64,000 nt of DNA from the human T2T-CHM13v2.0 reference genome, Homo sapiens (GCF_009914755.1 NC_060934.1); one strand, 5' to 3'; numbered from the stretch's first letter, positions 1 through 15,029 are shown. The notes: generated by a model from the letters alone, not told the origin. Program-made: numbers and translations.

Positions 1-1780
1 TATACAAAGCAAAAACTATAACGGAGCAATAAACAACATCCAATTATTGTGGGATACAATAACACATCTCCCTCAGAAACTGATATAGCAAGAAGACAAA
101 GTATCAAAAAGGATCTAGATGGAATATCTTTTCAAACTTGACTTAACTGATATGTATACAATATTGCATAAAAACAGTACCAGAGTAAGCATCTTTTTCA
201 ATTATGAGTATTCACTGATATTTATTAATACTATATCATGAAGAAATTCAAAAGAATTAAAATCATTTATATATTCCCTGAGAACAGTGGAATTTAGCTA
301 GAGAGTGATAACAAATGGACAATTGAAATTTTCATACATCTTAAAATTAACAATGAAGAACAAAATTGGACAAAAGGTTCTACTGAATACCAAGATTTTT
401 ATAATGCTAAAGCTAGTGTTGTATATGTACCAAGCAGAAAAAATTGAAACAGAATGGAAAGCTCAGAAATAGATCCACATATAGATGATTACTTGCTTTA
501 TGATAAAGGAGACTTCAGAGCAATGGAGAAAGGTTTTTTTTAAATCAACGTGAGGCATTTAGATAGCCATGTAAAAATTAATCTTTATCCTTAATTCACA
601 TAATATGCAAAAATTCAGTACAGGTGAGTTATAAATGAAAATGTGAAAGGCAAGTAGTAAAGCTTTTACACAATAACATAGGAAGATATTTCCATAAACT
701 TATGGTAGGAAAGATGTCTTTGCAAAAATTAGCCAGTGGTGGCACGTGACTATAATCCCAGCTATGTGGGAGGCTGAGGCACCAGGTTCACTTGAACCCG
801 AGAGATGGAGGCCACAATGAACCAAGGTCATGCCACTGCACTTGAGACTCTGTCTCAAAAAAAAAAAAAAAAGATATATTAAAAAGAACACAAAAAGTTA
901 ATAAATAGGAATAGGTGATTAATAATTTGAACTATGTTAAATTAACACATGTTCATCAAGAGACACTATTAAGCCAAGTTACAGTATGAAAGATACTTGC
1001 TGTATACATAGCTAACAAAATATTTTATGTAAGAAGGGCTCCCCCAAACAGGAAGAACCGAATAGAAAATGGTAAAATGCCTGAACTGGCATATCACAAT
1101 TAACATATCCAAAAGTCCAATAAACATTTGAAAAGGTGCTTATCTCATCAATTATCAGACATGCAAATAAAAACCAATATAAAATATAATTGTCAGGTTT
1201 TTAAAAATCACAATAATATTTGTTGGGGAGGTGTGGAACAATGGAAAGTTTCATAGTTTTCTGTTAGAAGTATATGTTATGTCCGTGCAACCACTTGGGT
1301 ACATTGGAAGTATCTTAAAGTTCATTTCACATATATATTCCTGTCACAGCAAGTCTACTCTTTAGTATATTCTCAATATAAATCTATGTACATTTTAGCA
1401 GCATTATTTGTAATAATCTTGTAATGGTAACAACACAAATGTCCATCAATTTTTGAATGAATAAATATATTGTGTGATATTCATACTGTGATCCTATACA
1501 GAATTGCAAATCAATTAAATTTATATAGCAAACATACAAATAACACAAATTGGCCCTGGATAATTCTGAGTAAAATAAAACAGACCTAAGAGAGTACATA
1601 CTGTACAAATTTCAGTTAACAGGCAAAACTACCTAATAGTGTTAGAATAGTAATGACCTTTGGACGGGAAGCTACTGAGAGAGGCATCCATGATTTTATT
1701 TATGAAAATTAATTTAGCTATACATTCATGTTTTGTGTATTTTTCTGTATGTATAATTTAAAAGTTTATAAAGGAAAAAT
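1..1780 (+). mobile_element. Old degraded L1 (L1M/L1ME-type): ORF2 fragments plus 3' end, interrupted by an Alu arm
   Basis: A-rich sense strand with recognisable L1 ORF2/3' motifs (e.g. 'aataaacatttgaaaaggtgcttatctc', 'aatgtccatcaa...aataaatatattgtgtgatattcatac'); no ORF. Confidence 0.75.
722..872 (+). mobile_element. Alu right arm only (FRAM/AluJ-like) with poly(A)
   Basis: 'aaaaattagcc...aatcccagcta...gaggctgagg...gagactctgtctc' followed by an A tract. Confidence 0.9.
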
Positions 1781-2913
1781 ACTTAGGCCAACTTACATGT
1801 GACTTGATAAAATTTTTTCAGTAATTTTTATGTATTTCTAAATTCTTTCTTCAAGTGATGTTCTGATAAATGACGGGAGATTTGGGGATTTGGGGACCAA
1901 CTTAAACCCACCCTTCTCCCCACTCTTCCCTTTCCTCTTGGTTTTACCCTGTTGAGTGCCAAGCTCACATGGAAAACTACAATGTCCTACTCTCTGTGAC
2001 TACTCTCCACCAGTCAGCTCTTGGCCTCTTTCTGTAGGGAAATATTTTATAGAATTACAGAGTGGAACTATGGGGGTGAAGGAACTCTAGACGTTACCCT
2101 CCTCCTTCTGCAGTGACAGCTTGGGTAGTCAGACTTGAGGAGGGCTTCACTGGCCCAGGGGCACCTTTTACTTGGGAGATCTATTAGCTCTTTGATAATT
2201 AAAGGAAGCCTAAGATGAGCCCTGAGGAAAGGGAGTAAGGCTAGCCGCAGAGTGACTCTGCCACTGGTATTTACTTTGATCATGAGATTGCTTGTGCTGT
2301 GTCCATCTCAGTTTCCTAGGGCAGGAAAGTAGAGAGGTGCAGCCTCCCATAGTAATAGCTCTTAATTCCCAAAGGGTTAAGTGTGACCACTTGGAAAGCA
2401 GCAAATCTAGGTGAGGAGGAGAGATTTCCACAGGAAGACTGCAAGACCTATAGAAAGAATACCTATGGAGATGTTGACCTGACCAGGTTGTCTTTTTCTA
2501 TGTAGATGCCTTCAGGGATCTGAGTCACTTCTCCAGGTGGTCTGGAGACCTAAATATCAGAAACTGGAGATTCCTTTCTGAGACTCGTTTTTCTCATGCT
2601 AGAATGAAATGAACCACAGGTCAACCTAAAGTGTTGCAAGTACTAATAAATGCTCTTCTTGACCTCATCAACTTTGACTCATACATTGCTTGATTTAACC
2701 ACAAGATTGTATGAAAAATGCCCCTCCTTGAATGTCTTGGCTCTGTAGTGGAATTATCATGGATAGTATCATAGCATCTTCCCAGTGCAGAGTGTTACCA
2801 CTTTAGCTGTATCCTCCTTTCCTCCATTTCTAGTTCAATAATGAATTACTGGCAGGCATTTTGTGCAATGTAACCATGTCCCAGTCCTGCCCCTGTCTGC
2901 TGTTAACTGGGCT

Positions 2914-3866
2914 TGTCAATTTGAAAAAAGAGAGAAGTATAAAGGTAGAAAAGGAGAGGAGACTTTATTTCATATAAGAGGTTACAACCTGCAAGTTGGC
3001 CATCTCCCAGGCTGGGAAGCACAGCCTCCAGCCAAGAACAGAGACAAGCACTTCAAAAGAGAAGGTGTTGGGTTCAAAAGATGAGGGCTTACAGCTTTAG
3101 GCTGAATGGGTTGACTAAACGTACATATTCAACAGGTAACGAGAGGAACTATGAATTCATGAAAGTAGTCCTGACACATGTGTATTGAAAAAACATGCAT
3201 ATAACATACAACCCATGTCCATTTTAGGGGGGAGACTTAATATTTAAATGTGTTACAATTAGGCCCTCTACATCCAAAGGCATTTTCAGGACAAGAAGGC
3301 ATGCAATGTACAACCTCTGTAAACTAGCCACAACCAGCCATGGTCAGTAGTCTTCTAACCTGGAGAAAGTTACTAAAATCAGTCTCTTCTCCAATCAAAG
3401 CTGCAGTTATGGCTGGTGGGCCAGGGCATCAGTTAGCTGGTGTCTATGAGCTGGATGAGTTGTAATTGTTTTAATATTGCCTATCTCAAGGCCAATACTT
3501 ATTTAGCTGCTAGGGGGAAAAAAAGAAAAAAAAGAAAAAAATGTGTGGCAGTTAGAACATAGTTTATCCTTTAAGTGTAGGAGTGAGTGACTTAACCCTC
3601 GCCTGCCATGGCCTTAGGTCTTGTCTCTAATTTTGGTATCTTAATGCTACAATGAGTCCGTTTTGTCAGTCTTATGATCTCTGGTTTAACATTAACGCTG
3701 GTCAGTTTTTGTGTCTAAACCATAAAAGGAGGAGGTATAATGAGCTGTGCCTGACCTCCCATCCTGTCATAGCTAGGAACTCAGTTTTCAGGTTTTTCTA
3801 GGGTCCCCTTGGCCACAGGGCATCCATTCAGTCGATGAGGGCTTAGGATTTTATTTTTAGTTTCGA
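2914..3866 (-). mobile_element. ERV1 solo LTR, MER4 group (MER49-like)
   Basis: Reverse complement starts 'aaactaaaaataaaatcctaagccc...ggccaaggggaccc' and ends 'ttgaca'; about 950 bp. Confidence 0.75.
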
Positions 3867-4222
3867 GTCCTCATAACCAAGATGGGCCAATCGGAAGCTT
3901 ATCTGTGAGTATTGAAATTTAAGGCTAAGTGAGATGTCATGCCTCTGTGTTTAGATAATACTGATATTTAAAATGCAGAAAGTGTGGGCCACTCTTCTTT
4001 TTTTTTAATGATGCAGACTTGGAAGTGAAGAAACTTGGTCTGCAGAGGAGATAAATAAGAAATATATATACAGAAAAACTGCAAGCCTCAATTCTAGTAC
4101 TACATTCCTGCCCTTGGGTTTCAAGAGACACCCCTCTTTCATTATTGAACAAATTATCTCATTTATGCTGATTGAGGTAGTGTGAGATATTTTTATTTGT
4201 TATAAAAGAGAGCTAATAAATA
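3867..4222 (+). mobile_element. Old MaLR/ERVL LTR fragment (MLT1/LTR16-like)
   Basis: Degenerate 'gggccaatc' core and an LTR-type 3' end ('ttatttgttataaaagagagctaataaata'). Confidence 0.4.
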
Positions 4223-5079
4223 GAAATATTATCACACTGAAAAACAAGTAGGTAGGTATTCTCAGCATGAGCATTACCTATGCTGATTCAAAATATCTGC
4301 TCCTTTAAATCTATAGCTTAGGTTCAAGTAGAGTTTTTTTCCCCATCTCAAAGATCTCTTTTTCTTACATGAAAACTTTAAGACTAGCTTATCATCTCTG
4401 TTTTGCAGTTTCCCTCTGAGACCAAAGGAGACAAAGGCAGTTATTTAGTTTTGTTTCATAACTGTCCTTCAAGATGTTGAAAATTGTAATTTGGCTTATT
4501 GACTTTTATCTTCTTGCAATTTGTTAACGTTTTCACTTGACTACATCTTACGCTACAGATGGGGAGAGAAAGCAGCACCAAGTCATTTTTCTAGTATTGC
4601 CTGTGAAGATCTTCCAGTAATTCTTATTCTCAAAAGAGCAAGCATTCTGGGCCACCTTCCCTTGGCAGAAGGAAGCAGAAGACACTTTTGTGGGCATTGC
4701 AGACAGCAGTGGAGGAAGTGGGCACATGATGTGCAGACTTGCCTTCCAAACCATGCTGATGTGATGGAGGTCGATCTGCCAGGCAGCAATTACACATTCA
4801 CGGGGGAATCGATGCAGCTAAATTTACATTGACCTCAGCAAAATAGTTAGGAGTGGAGTAAATCCCTTCAGGCTCTTTTCCGGGGAAATGCAAATAGATG
4901 TAGACATGTATGTTCCTCAGAAAATCTTTTTCGGGAAACACATGGTTGGCCAGAAGATTATAGATGGATCCTGGGCCACATGGCATCTGCAAGTGTTTTG
5001 AGATCTTAATTTCTGTAGTTTAGTTTAAGCAGGAAAAGAGGTGGAACCTGTCATAAATAATAGTAACCTTAATATAAGT

Positions 5080-5270
5080 CAGTGAGCATTTTTTCACTTA
5101 ATGTGTGCCAAGCATGGTGCTGTATTTATAATTAGTACAACTATAAGGAAAGGCATCATTATTATCATCTTATCTTATTGATGAGCAAACTGCAATTCAG
5201 GAAAGTTAAGTTGCAGAGTCTCACGTGTCAGAACTAGGACCTAACACAGGCAGTCTGATTCCAGTGCTCA
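5080..5270 (-). mobile_element. MIR SINE
   Basis: MIR core 'gatgagcaaactg...aagttaag' and 'aggcagtctgattccag'. Confidence 0.7.
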
Positions 5271-7659
5271 GAGTTTGAGAGCACAATGTGAACTGTTTTT
5301 TTAATCATTCTTCAGACTATGAGGCACCTGCCAAGTTTTCAACCCTGAGGTCTAGGCAAAGGCTGTCAGAGAACCACACAACCAAGTGTAACCTGAGGAG
5401 TAGAAAGGAGACCTGGCATAAGGGACAGCATGTGGACAAACATGGTCAGTAGGCAGGAACAACAAATAGAACAGCTCAGTTCATGGTCGGCTGAGATCAT
5501 GGAAAGCAAATGTGTCCAAGCCCCAACAAGGAATGCATGGGCCAGGCATGGGTGCATAAGAACATCTGCAGTGCTAGCTCTGTGTGCAGGAAAGGTACTC
5601 AGGCACCAGGGCTTTCCCAGACAGCAGGAGGAGTGAAGCATCATCACATCAGTGCATCTACTGTAGAGGGAGCACTGGCCTGCGTCAGAGCCCATGGTGC
5701 CCTTCCTCTGTGCCACTCTGTGTCCCTGTCCAGGCCTCATGGCTTTCTGAGCCTCTTTTCTATGCGAGAGGAGGAATCTCTATTTTGACTGCATTCATAG
5801 CCATGAATGAATCCAAGGAGAAGGGGCAGAGCTAACACTGGTTTGGGCTCCAAATCTCAGAATCTTTTGACCACAGTTCCCAGCATCATCCCATCACAGA
5901 TGATTTAGCATCTGCCAAAAGCTTTGTAAACTGTCCCTTTTGGAGAATTTCTTGGACAGGGGAGAGTGACCACTTCATAGGCCACGGCTATATTCTTGCT
6001 ACCCCAAAGGCTGCCCCTGCCCAGTCCTTAGCTGTGGGATGATAAATATACCCGAGTGGCTTTGCTTCTGTCATGCATCCTTCAGCCTAAATTCTCTCCT
6101 AGGGCAGAATGTTCTATGGTTTGTTCTCAATTTCTTCTCTCTTCCCTCACCTCAGCCTTTCCCCCATTTCTTAATTTTGGTTTGGTTTTCTGAAGAGCAT
6201 CACTCCTCAGCTAGTTTATCTCAGCCCAGATTCCTTAGAATACTTACTAAGGTTTCTCAAAGCATTGGGTGCCTAAATACATGTCTTTTACAACTCACGT
6301 TGATCATTAGATAGTTCTGGTAGTTACTGGTCTTTCCCAATACTTGCCCATGGTGTTTTAACCCCCTAATAAAACAACTAGAAATCCCTAGATTTTATTT
6401 TTCATGGGCAGGTGGTTTGGGGAGACTTGGGATCTCCTGAAATTAAGACTCCTCTGATTCAACAATTATCTGAGAATCAAGAAAGAAGAAAGTGAAAAAA
6501 AAAATGAGAATAATGAAACAGTTTAACATTTCTGAGGAATAGACTGGAGGTAATATGACATCTTTCAATTGGAGCTGGGAATCATTATTTGTTGGCCTGG
6601 CAAATTCAGTTCTGATTAATTGTGAAAAATGCCAGTTCGGAACAAGTTACTTGATTGAGTTGTTTAAATCACCCTTATCAAGAGTTGTTTGAGGACTGCC
6701 TAATCAGTCTACCATTAGAAGTATTTGCATGATCTAGAGCAACAGAAAAGAGGCCGCCCCAACTCCCATTTTGGAAGAAAGGTTTTGTTGTGGGTGGAAG
6801 GTTGGTTTTGGTTTTAATTTTGTTTTTGTTTTCTAAAGAGCATCCTAGAATTGAAGGACAATAACAGAGTTGATTCAATGGAGGCATGCAGTGTGATTTG
6901 CAGATGAAGGCCCTCATTAGAAACTTCCTGATTTTCTGCTCTGTGTAAATGTTTTCCGGTGAATAAACTTCAGAACGTCCATGTCGAAGCCTAGAAAGAG
7001 AATCTCTGGGGAAGAAGAAGTGAGGGATGATCTTTGTCCATCCTTATGGTTCTTACCTTCTGCTTGTGAGGAAGGGTCTCTTCCTACAAAGTAAGGCTCC
7101 CCACCACCCTTTGCTTCCTGAATACGCTGCTTTGTCTCCAGAGCTCTGACTCAGGGACTTGGGAACTCGTTAGCATAGATGAGATGACCTGTTGTTTTCA
7201 CAAGGCTTTCTTGAATTCTGGAGGTGATCAATAAAGGAGAAGGGACAAGGTGCTCCAACCCTCTGGTTCATCACACAAAGCCCCTCGGTATTGTCTCATC
7301 TTGCTTCTACCTGAGGCTCACAGTCGTGGTTAATTTATTCTGTCTCTTAAAATGTAAATATTGACCCCCAGAATCACCTGTACTTCCTGTGTTCTTTCCC
7401 TCCAGCTTCCAGCCTAACTTGCATGTGCGGACACCCAGCTAACACATGAGGTTGTTTTCCTAGCATTCTGACTTCCCTCATAGCCAAAAGAACATTCCAA
7501 TCCTGATGTCCAATTCACCCTAGAGCCTCCCCTTCAAATCCCACTTCTGGTTGTAAGGACATGCCTTTTCGCCAGGACCCAGATTCCTTGAATGAGCTCT
7601 CTCTACAGGCAGGACTTGCTCTTCACCCAGGGACATAGACTTTCCCTTGTAAAGCCATT

Positions 7660-7800
7660 CTGAGATATAAGTATCATTACTGTATGCACTTTACAAATCA
7701 ATACACTGAGGAATAAATAGATTAAATGATTTTTTCAAAGTCACACATCTCACAAAGGATAGAGCCGGGATTTGAATCCAGATGAATTTGAGCACTAAGC
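7660..7800 (-). mobile_element. MIR SINE fragment
   Basis: 'ttttacaaat...actgag...aaagtcacacatct...agagccgggatttgaatcca'. Confidence 0.7.
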
Positions 7801-8873
7801 CACGGTTATTCTTTGCTGTTTTCAGCAGTTTCAAGATTCTAATGCACATCTTATAATTCATGAAAAAAACAATCTCTCATAACTAACTCCAACCCTGCAC
7901 TAATATATTTTGAAGCAGGCAACTTTTATTTATTAAGATCTCCAGATAAACCTGTTTAGGTTTGCTATTTATTACTGTACTTCTTGCTCTGAAATGGGAC
8001 TGGCTGGTAACTTGAAAAATGAATGGAAAATTGTGTCGTTGTGCTCTGACTGGTTAAAATCCCTCCTTCTGGGCTGAAATGCTAGTGTACACTCTCAGTT
8101 CTTGTAGGCATTTATTCTGGAATTATTGTGCAGACCATTAAGTTTGGGGGTTTTCTCAGTCTTTGCAATTTCATAAGCTGTAGAGGCTCCATTGACCACA
8201 GAAGGCTGAGTAGTAAATGGATATGTATTGTGAATGGAATGCTTTTTGCTAAAAGAATCCCTGTAGAGAAAAGCAAAAAAAGGAGAATGTCAAACTTGAT
8301 TCAGACCAACTAAGATCCTGTGAGCCCTCTGTTCAACTTTACAATATCTGCTAATGTCCCTTCTTTTCCAGAGTAGCTGTCAACTCCACCTTAAGATCAC
8401 CCTGAGGAATGCTTGGTTCCCCTAAGACAGGCCTGGGGAGTGCCTAGGTCCTTTACACCTTACCTAGGTCCTTCCTAAGACCTCAGCTCCTCTGCTTCCT
8501 CAGGTCTACATAGCTGCCTATTCCTTGCTAACTCCTTGCTGCCTGTTTTTCTCTGTAACACCTTCAGACTGGCCCTTTAAATTACCATTTCTTTCTTTCT
8601 ATGGCTGGACTTTTTAGCATTAATTCATGACAAGCTCACTGTAGGCAGGAGGCTGGCCCTTTACTTCCCATCCCTCAGCTCTCTCTTTTCTATGCTGGTC
8701 TCCATGGATTTCTCCCCCGCTACTTGTGTTTGGGCATAATCTATTGCCAAACTTTGGTAAGAAGCACTGACTTCCCTGAAGCAACCTCGCTAAAAGGACC
8801 CCTACGGTGTGTCCGGTCATAGGAACAAGGGTTTCTGACCTTTACGGCTCTCTTCAAGGCAGTCATTCTACCA

Positions 8874-9050
8874 GTGTGTTCATGTATATGTGTATACGTA
8901 TGCAAGCATGTGTGTATGCGTGTGTATGTTATATGGATGCATGCATGCACGCATGCATGTGTAATGTGTGCATGTGTAAAAGTACATGTGTGTCTGAGTG
9001 CATACATGTGAGCACACGTACATAAGAGTGTGTTTGTGTGCCCATGTGCA
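8874..9050. repeat. Degenerate (TG)n/(TGCA)n/(TA)n alternating purine-pyrimidine tract
   Basis: Directly visible: 'gtgtgtatgcgtgtgtatg...atgcatgcatgcacgcatgcatgtg'. Confidence 0.9.
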
Positions 9051-10214
9051 GAGGTAGGGAAGACAGAGTGAGTGGGTGAACCCTTGACCAACTTTTCATC
9101 AACATGACTTGGTCAATCTTGGAGAAGCTCCTTGGGAAGCTTGTGGCACCAACACCTGAAATGCAGGAAGCTGGTTCAGAAAGTACTTGTAGGACAGAAA
9201 GAAACACATCAGAAGCAATTACTGGTGATTCAAGAGATGGTGGGAGATTAGAAAATTGCCAGCATCCTGGCATTTGCAAGGGTCACCAAGGGACAGTGAG
9301 TGAAAAACAAATATTTTTCAAGTTGTTTGGCAGCACTTTATCCCACTCGCTGGTGGATGTGGGGAGAAAGGGAAAGCAACCTCTCAGACACACTTACGTC
9401 CTCTGTGTGCCTCAGCAAGACTCATTTCAATTCTTTCTGGACACATGTTTGGAGTCACTTAAGGGGCAGTGGATGCAGCAACTGTAGTTCACTTCCCTAG
9501 TTCAAACTTTAGAGAGACCCTGAAGACATACCCTGATTTTCTTTGTTCAGCATGAATGTTAAAATCAAAAAGCTATGGACATTTCCAGGAAAAGCCAGCT
9601 GAAATATCAAATCAGCTGAAAATTCACAAATCCGGAAAACTAGAAATTGTCTCTATTTAAATGTATAAATACATTTTTTAAATAAAATGTAATGAGAAAA
9701 CATAAAATGTCTGATCACAAACAATTATAAATGTAAGCTTACCCACAACTGCTCTCTGAGACGCATTTTTGCATCTCCCTGCCTCTTTCTCCTCCCTGCC
9801 TCCACCCTACACACCCACAGGCACATACTCATCAGTGCTCTGGGCCACACTGGTCTTTTTTCTACTCCATAGATATGTCCTGCACCCTCCTTTCTCAGGG
9901 GCCTTGCTGTCACTCTTCCATCTGCCTGGAATTATCTCCTCATTCTCCTTTTTTAGCTGACTATTGACCTCTGCACATTTCTTTAGCACACATCCTCCTG
10001 CAGAGAACTCACTCATTTGTGGTGTGATGATATCAGAATTTCTGGACTGATATTCAGATGTATACAGCTTCTTTACATGTATGAGCTTCTTTATTTTCTT
10101 GTGCTGAAGATCTCATTCTAGCTGATTGAAGGTGGAGTTTAAAATGTGACTAAAATTGTCTTGGTTCCTTTAAGTTTTGAACATTCTCTTTTTGATAAAC
10201 TCAAAATCACATGA

Positions 10215-10827
10215 TCTGAAAGACCAAAACAGATAACCCTTTGTCAACTAAGATGGACCCTAAGGTTGAGAAAACAAGGTTCCTATAGGTCGAGGGTTCA
10301 GGGCCCAGCTGGCAAGGCAAATTTCTACATTCTTAGGGTTTTAAATTCCCTAACAATAGGAATTATCAGACCCGTCCTAACTCTGACTTACAACCCAGGT
10401 CACTACAATTCTAACTGGACAGAGGACCAGCCTTAGAAACATTCTTTTCTGATAAGCAATTGCAGACTTTAAACCAGTTTCAGCAGCGTATAGAGGCTGT
10501 GCACAAATGATCTTTGTGTCATAAAGAATTCCACCCTATTTTAAGCAAAACCCTGCTCCAAAGTAAACATAGGATATATGTTACATGCATGTTTACTCAC
10601 TGTGCCTGTGTTCGACTCCCCTCATAAATATGTACAGCTTTTCCCCCAAACCAACTAAATATATTTAATACCAACTTGTGAGCCATAAAACCCAAACTCC
10701 TTCCCTTCTTTGAAGACAGAGTACCTTTGATATACAATGGAAACTGTCCCTTCCCAGCCTGCAAACTAATATCACCAATAAAGCTCTTTTCTGCTATTTA
10801 CCTATCCTGCTCATCTTTTGGATGACA
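10215..10827 (+). mobile_element. ERV1 solo LTR, MER39-like
   Basis: Starts 'agaccaaaac...tcaactaagatggaccctaaggtt'; AATAAA near 10777; ends 'gatgaca'. Confidence 0.75.
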
Positions 10828-10966
10828 TTCAAATTATGTAAGTTTTTATTAGGTCTTTTTCTTCTCTCTTAAATGTATTCCCCCTCCCCCAGCCCTACCT
10901 AATAAGGTGTTTAGAGGTAGAAGAAGGTTTACATGTCCCCAAGGAACAAAGAAACCCAAAAGGTGA

Positions 10967-11790
<824 letters not shown>

Positions 11791-12491
11791 CTGACTTGTC
11801 CCCAGCTGCCCTCAAGGTCCTCACTGGCCTCTCAGCCTCTTGTTCTGCCTGATGACCAGGCTTTCTGTACTAGTGTATATTCAGGTCAATCTGTGTTTTT
11901 CCAGGCTGTTGAATGTCATGCTACGTGCACTTCTGATGACTACAGATATTGCCATTATCTTCAGCCATGATACTCCAACACTCTGCGGTCTCCTTGCCCA
12001 TCCCAAGCCTCTTCTGGTCAGTGGCACTAAAGTACTGTAGTGGCAGTAAAGTACCATAGCATTGGGCATTGGAGCCAATTTGGGGATGAATCAGTCACTT
12101 GAGGAATTCTCCAGCTAGAAGTAAGCACAGGGATCTGTATTCTGACTGTAAGAAAAAGAATCACCAAACCTGGTTCTTTGAGCATGGCACGTGGGTCACA
12201 GCATTTCCCAACTCCAGTGGCAGGTGCATGATCACAAACATTTCTTTGGACAGCCCAGTGCAACAGTGTCAACAGTCTCTTAGATTTGCTGGCAGGAACA
12301 GCAGCATGTTGGCACACTTCCGCACCCCTTTTTATCTAGAAGATGTGGTCAAATTTGCCAGTATCCAGAGGGCACTTTTGAGGGCTAACTTACACAGCAC
12401 TATGAGAACAATGAGGACTGACCACCTGGAATCTGGGGCTTATTATAGGAATAAGAATCTGAGGATCAAAAAAAGACATTCTCAGCATAGC

Positions 12492-13042
12492 ATTAGAGAT
12501 TAAAATATGCCACCCCCAAACCTGCCACTTTGGCATAAGGATTATTTTGAGCTGAAAATATTTAAGATTCAATAAATGCAGTAAAAAGTCTTCCTATGGC
12601 TTCTCTTATCTGACTGAAAGCATAAACTTTTGAAATATGAAGGCAGCCACCAATCCTCTCTCCTGGGGAAGTTTTATGACCATGAAGAAGATGAAAGTCA
12701 GCCTTGAGATGGACCTTTGCAAACAAGTCTTACTCCATTTGTCCCCCCATATATGTACCTTCCCAGAGTTTGCCACCGTTGGAATCCCAAAATCTTTTCT
12801 TTTGTTCTTATCATTTCTCTGCAAATGCATTGTTTTTAGTTAAGATGCTATTAATACATCAGTCCAGGTTCTGGCCACCCTTCTGAGGGACTCATCACTG
12901 AGTTTCTCCTGTGTAGGTGTGCTGCATGTGTTAATGTTCTGATTTTCCTGTTAATCTGTCTTTTGTCAGTCTGATTTGCAAATTCATAGCTGGAAAACTT
13001 AGAAAAGTAGAAAAAAAGTGGGTTTTTTTCCCCTTCTCTACG
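12492..13042 (+). mobile_element. ERV1 solo LTR, MER34-like
   Basis: 'aatatgccaccccc...gccactttggcataaggattattttgagctgaa' start; 'ttaatctgtcttttgtcagt' near the 3' end. Confidence 0.8.
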
Positions 13043-13337
13043 ATAGCAGTCATTTAATTCTAAATGATATTTACTACATATTCTTTCAGAAAACACTTGT
13101 TTTGACAGATTCTTGATATAGATTCAAAAGCAAACCCTGCCATTGAGGAGCTCACAGTGCAGTTGGGGGGATAGAAAGCAACTAAGATGTGATGTATGTA
13201 TTGACAGAGTGCCATGGAAAAACTAGTTCTGGGGATGAGAGAAGTCTGCATACGCTTTCTAGAGTTTTAATTCCTATGCAGTGTTGTGTATGATATCTTG
13301 ATTCAGGCAAGCATATGGTTAAATCACTGTTCTATCA

Positions 13338-13992
13338 CTTACAGAAAATAAAACAAATCAGGTCGTAAATAAGGAAGGATTTTATTCCAAAGGATTATTG
13401 AATTAGGGGGAGACATATTATTGCAACTGCGGGACAGCAACTACTGCAGTAGGGAGAAGGCTCCCACCGTGAGATCTGCAAGTGCCTGAAAGGTTAGGCA
13501 GAAAAGGGCTTTTCCTGTATACGGAGGAATAAACAAAGATAGAAAGAAACAGGATGAATGGATAGAGGTGGCAGCTGTCATGATCTGACAGGTAATCGGA
13601 GAGGTTTTACCCAGAGTAGCACAGTCTCAGGAGGGGCCAGGAAGAGGGGCTGTATGCTGGCTCAGGTTAAGGGTAAATCAAAGTTCAGGGATGTTGGGAA
13701 AGAAATAAAGATTGAATAAAGTTTGTTCAAGTCATAGTAACAGGTATTTTAGTCTACACTTGTCAGTTGGTACAGTTTAGCTAGCTAGTCATTTATGGGG
13801 CAAAGAATAGAAATTTGGAGAGCCTGTGTCTGGCATTTTCATAAGTGAACAAGGTCGGGCATCTGAGTCTGGCCTAAGTCATATCAGGAAGGATGATCCT
13901 TCACAATAAGGCTGAAACACAAAGTGTGGGAAGATTTCTTAGTTTTTGCTGTTTTCCAGGAGCACAGGCTCAGATAAAATTTGATATTGTCA
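13338..13992 (-). mobile_element. ERV1 solo LTR (MER67/MER89/MER110-related), inserted in a MIR
   Basis: Reverse complement begins 'tgacaatatcaaattttatctgagcctgtgctcctggaaaacagc'. Confidence 0.6.
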
Positions 13993-14130
13993 TTGAGCCT
14001 CAATTTCTTCATAGGAAAATTGGGATTAAAATGGTTCCTTTGCCAGGGAGGTTGTGAAGATCATAGATGCAACTTGTATAAAGGAAGATAGCATGGTACC
14101 AGGCACATTTTAAGAGTCTAATAATAGCAG
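13993..14130 (+). mobile_element. MIR SINE 3' part
   Basis: 'gagcctcaatttcttcat...ggttgtgaagatc...ggtaccaggcaca'. Confidence 0.7.
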
Positions 14131-15029
14131 TCAAAAGTATTATTCTGATTCATTTTTGTTGTTGTTATTACTGCATTCTAGGCTTTGCTTTTATTAAAGC
14201 AATTTTATTATCTATTTTGCAACTAAATGCAACTAACCAGAGTCTATAGCAAAGCCTTTAGCAAAAAATCAAGTGTGTAATTAATCTTAATGTGACCTCA
14301 CTACCATGCAGGAGAGAGCCAGTGGCACTGGAAGCATTTGACCAAACAAAGGACATACCAGTCAGATCTTAAACTAACTTTCGAACATGAGTTCATTCAA
14401 TGCATTCCCTGGAACCCATGCAAAGTGATTTGCAATCTAAATGAGAACAGGCCACTGGAGTATAGAGGCTGGAGACTCCTTTGTGGGACTAAAGAGATGC
14501 CAACTCTCTGAGGGTTGTGCTTCTGGTTCTCCATGTGTACTCAGACTCCTGCTAATGTGACCGCAGTGGCTCTTTCTGGGAGCATTCAAATCCTCCCAGA
14601 CCTTTCTGTCTCACATGGAGGATGGGGTTTCTCTTAACATCTTCTTATTGGTTTATAAAGGATTCCTTTGAGAATTTGTAAGGAGCCTTACATATTTCAT
14701 GGGCTCATCTGCCTGTTTAATTATGTCTCCATGCAAAAAAGGCTTCTTGGCTAGGCATACATTTTACAATATGGTTACCTAAATATTTAAACAGCTGGGC
14801 TTCTCTGTATCATCAAGAACTGTGCCAGTCTTTCCTTAAGAGGAAAATCTCAAAATGAAGAAGCTGTGGAAACGCATGTATATTATAAGTAGATCTCCAT
14901 GTATAAATAGATACATGATTTTTATTTTTAAAGCTAATTAAACCAAAAAAAAAAAAAAAAAAGAAAGACTGTCCTTTGCCTGGTCTGTTTGTGGAGCGAG
15001 TTTAATATGCTGTAATTGAGCTTTGGAGC

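Noticed and set aside
5366-5835. Cluster of short ORFs on both strands
   Set aside because: No recognisable domain or convincing exon structure; expected by chance in GC-richer DNA.
8741-9487. Overlapping 116-127 aa ORFs
   Set aside because: Largely low-complexity (H/T/C/M-rich) translations of the RY tract, with no domain motifs.
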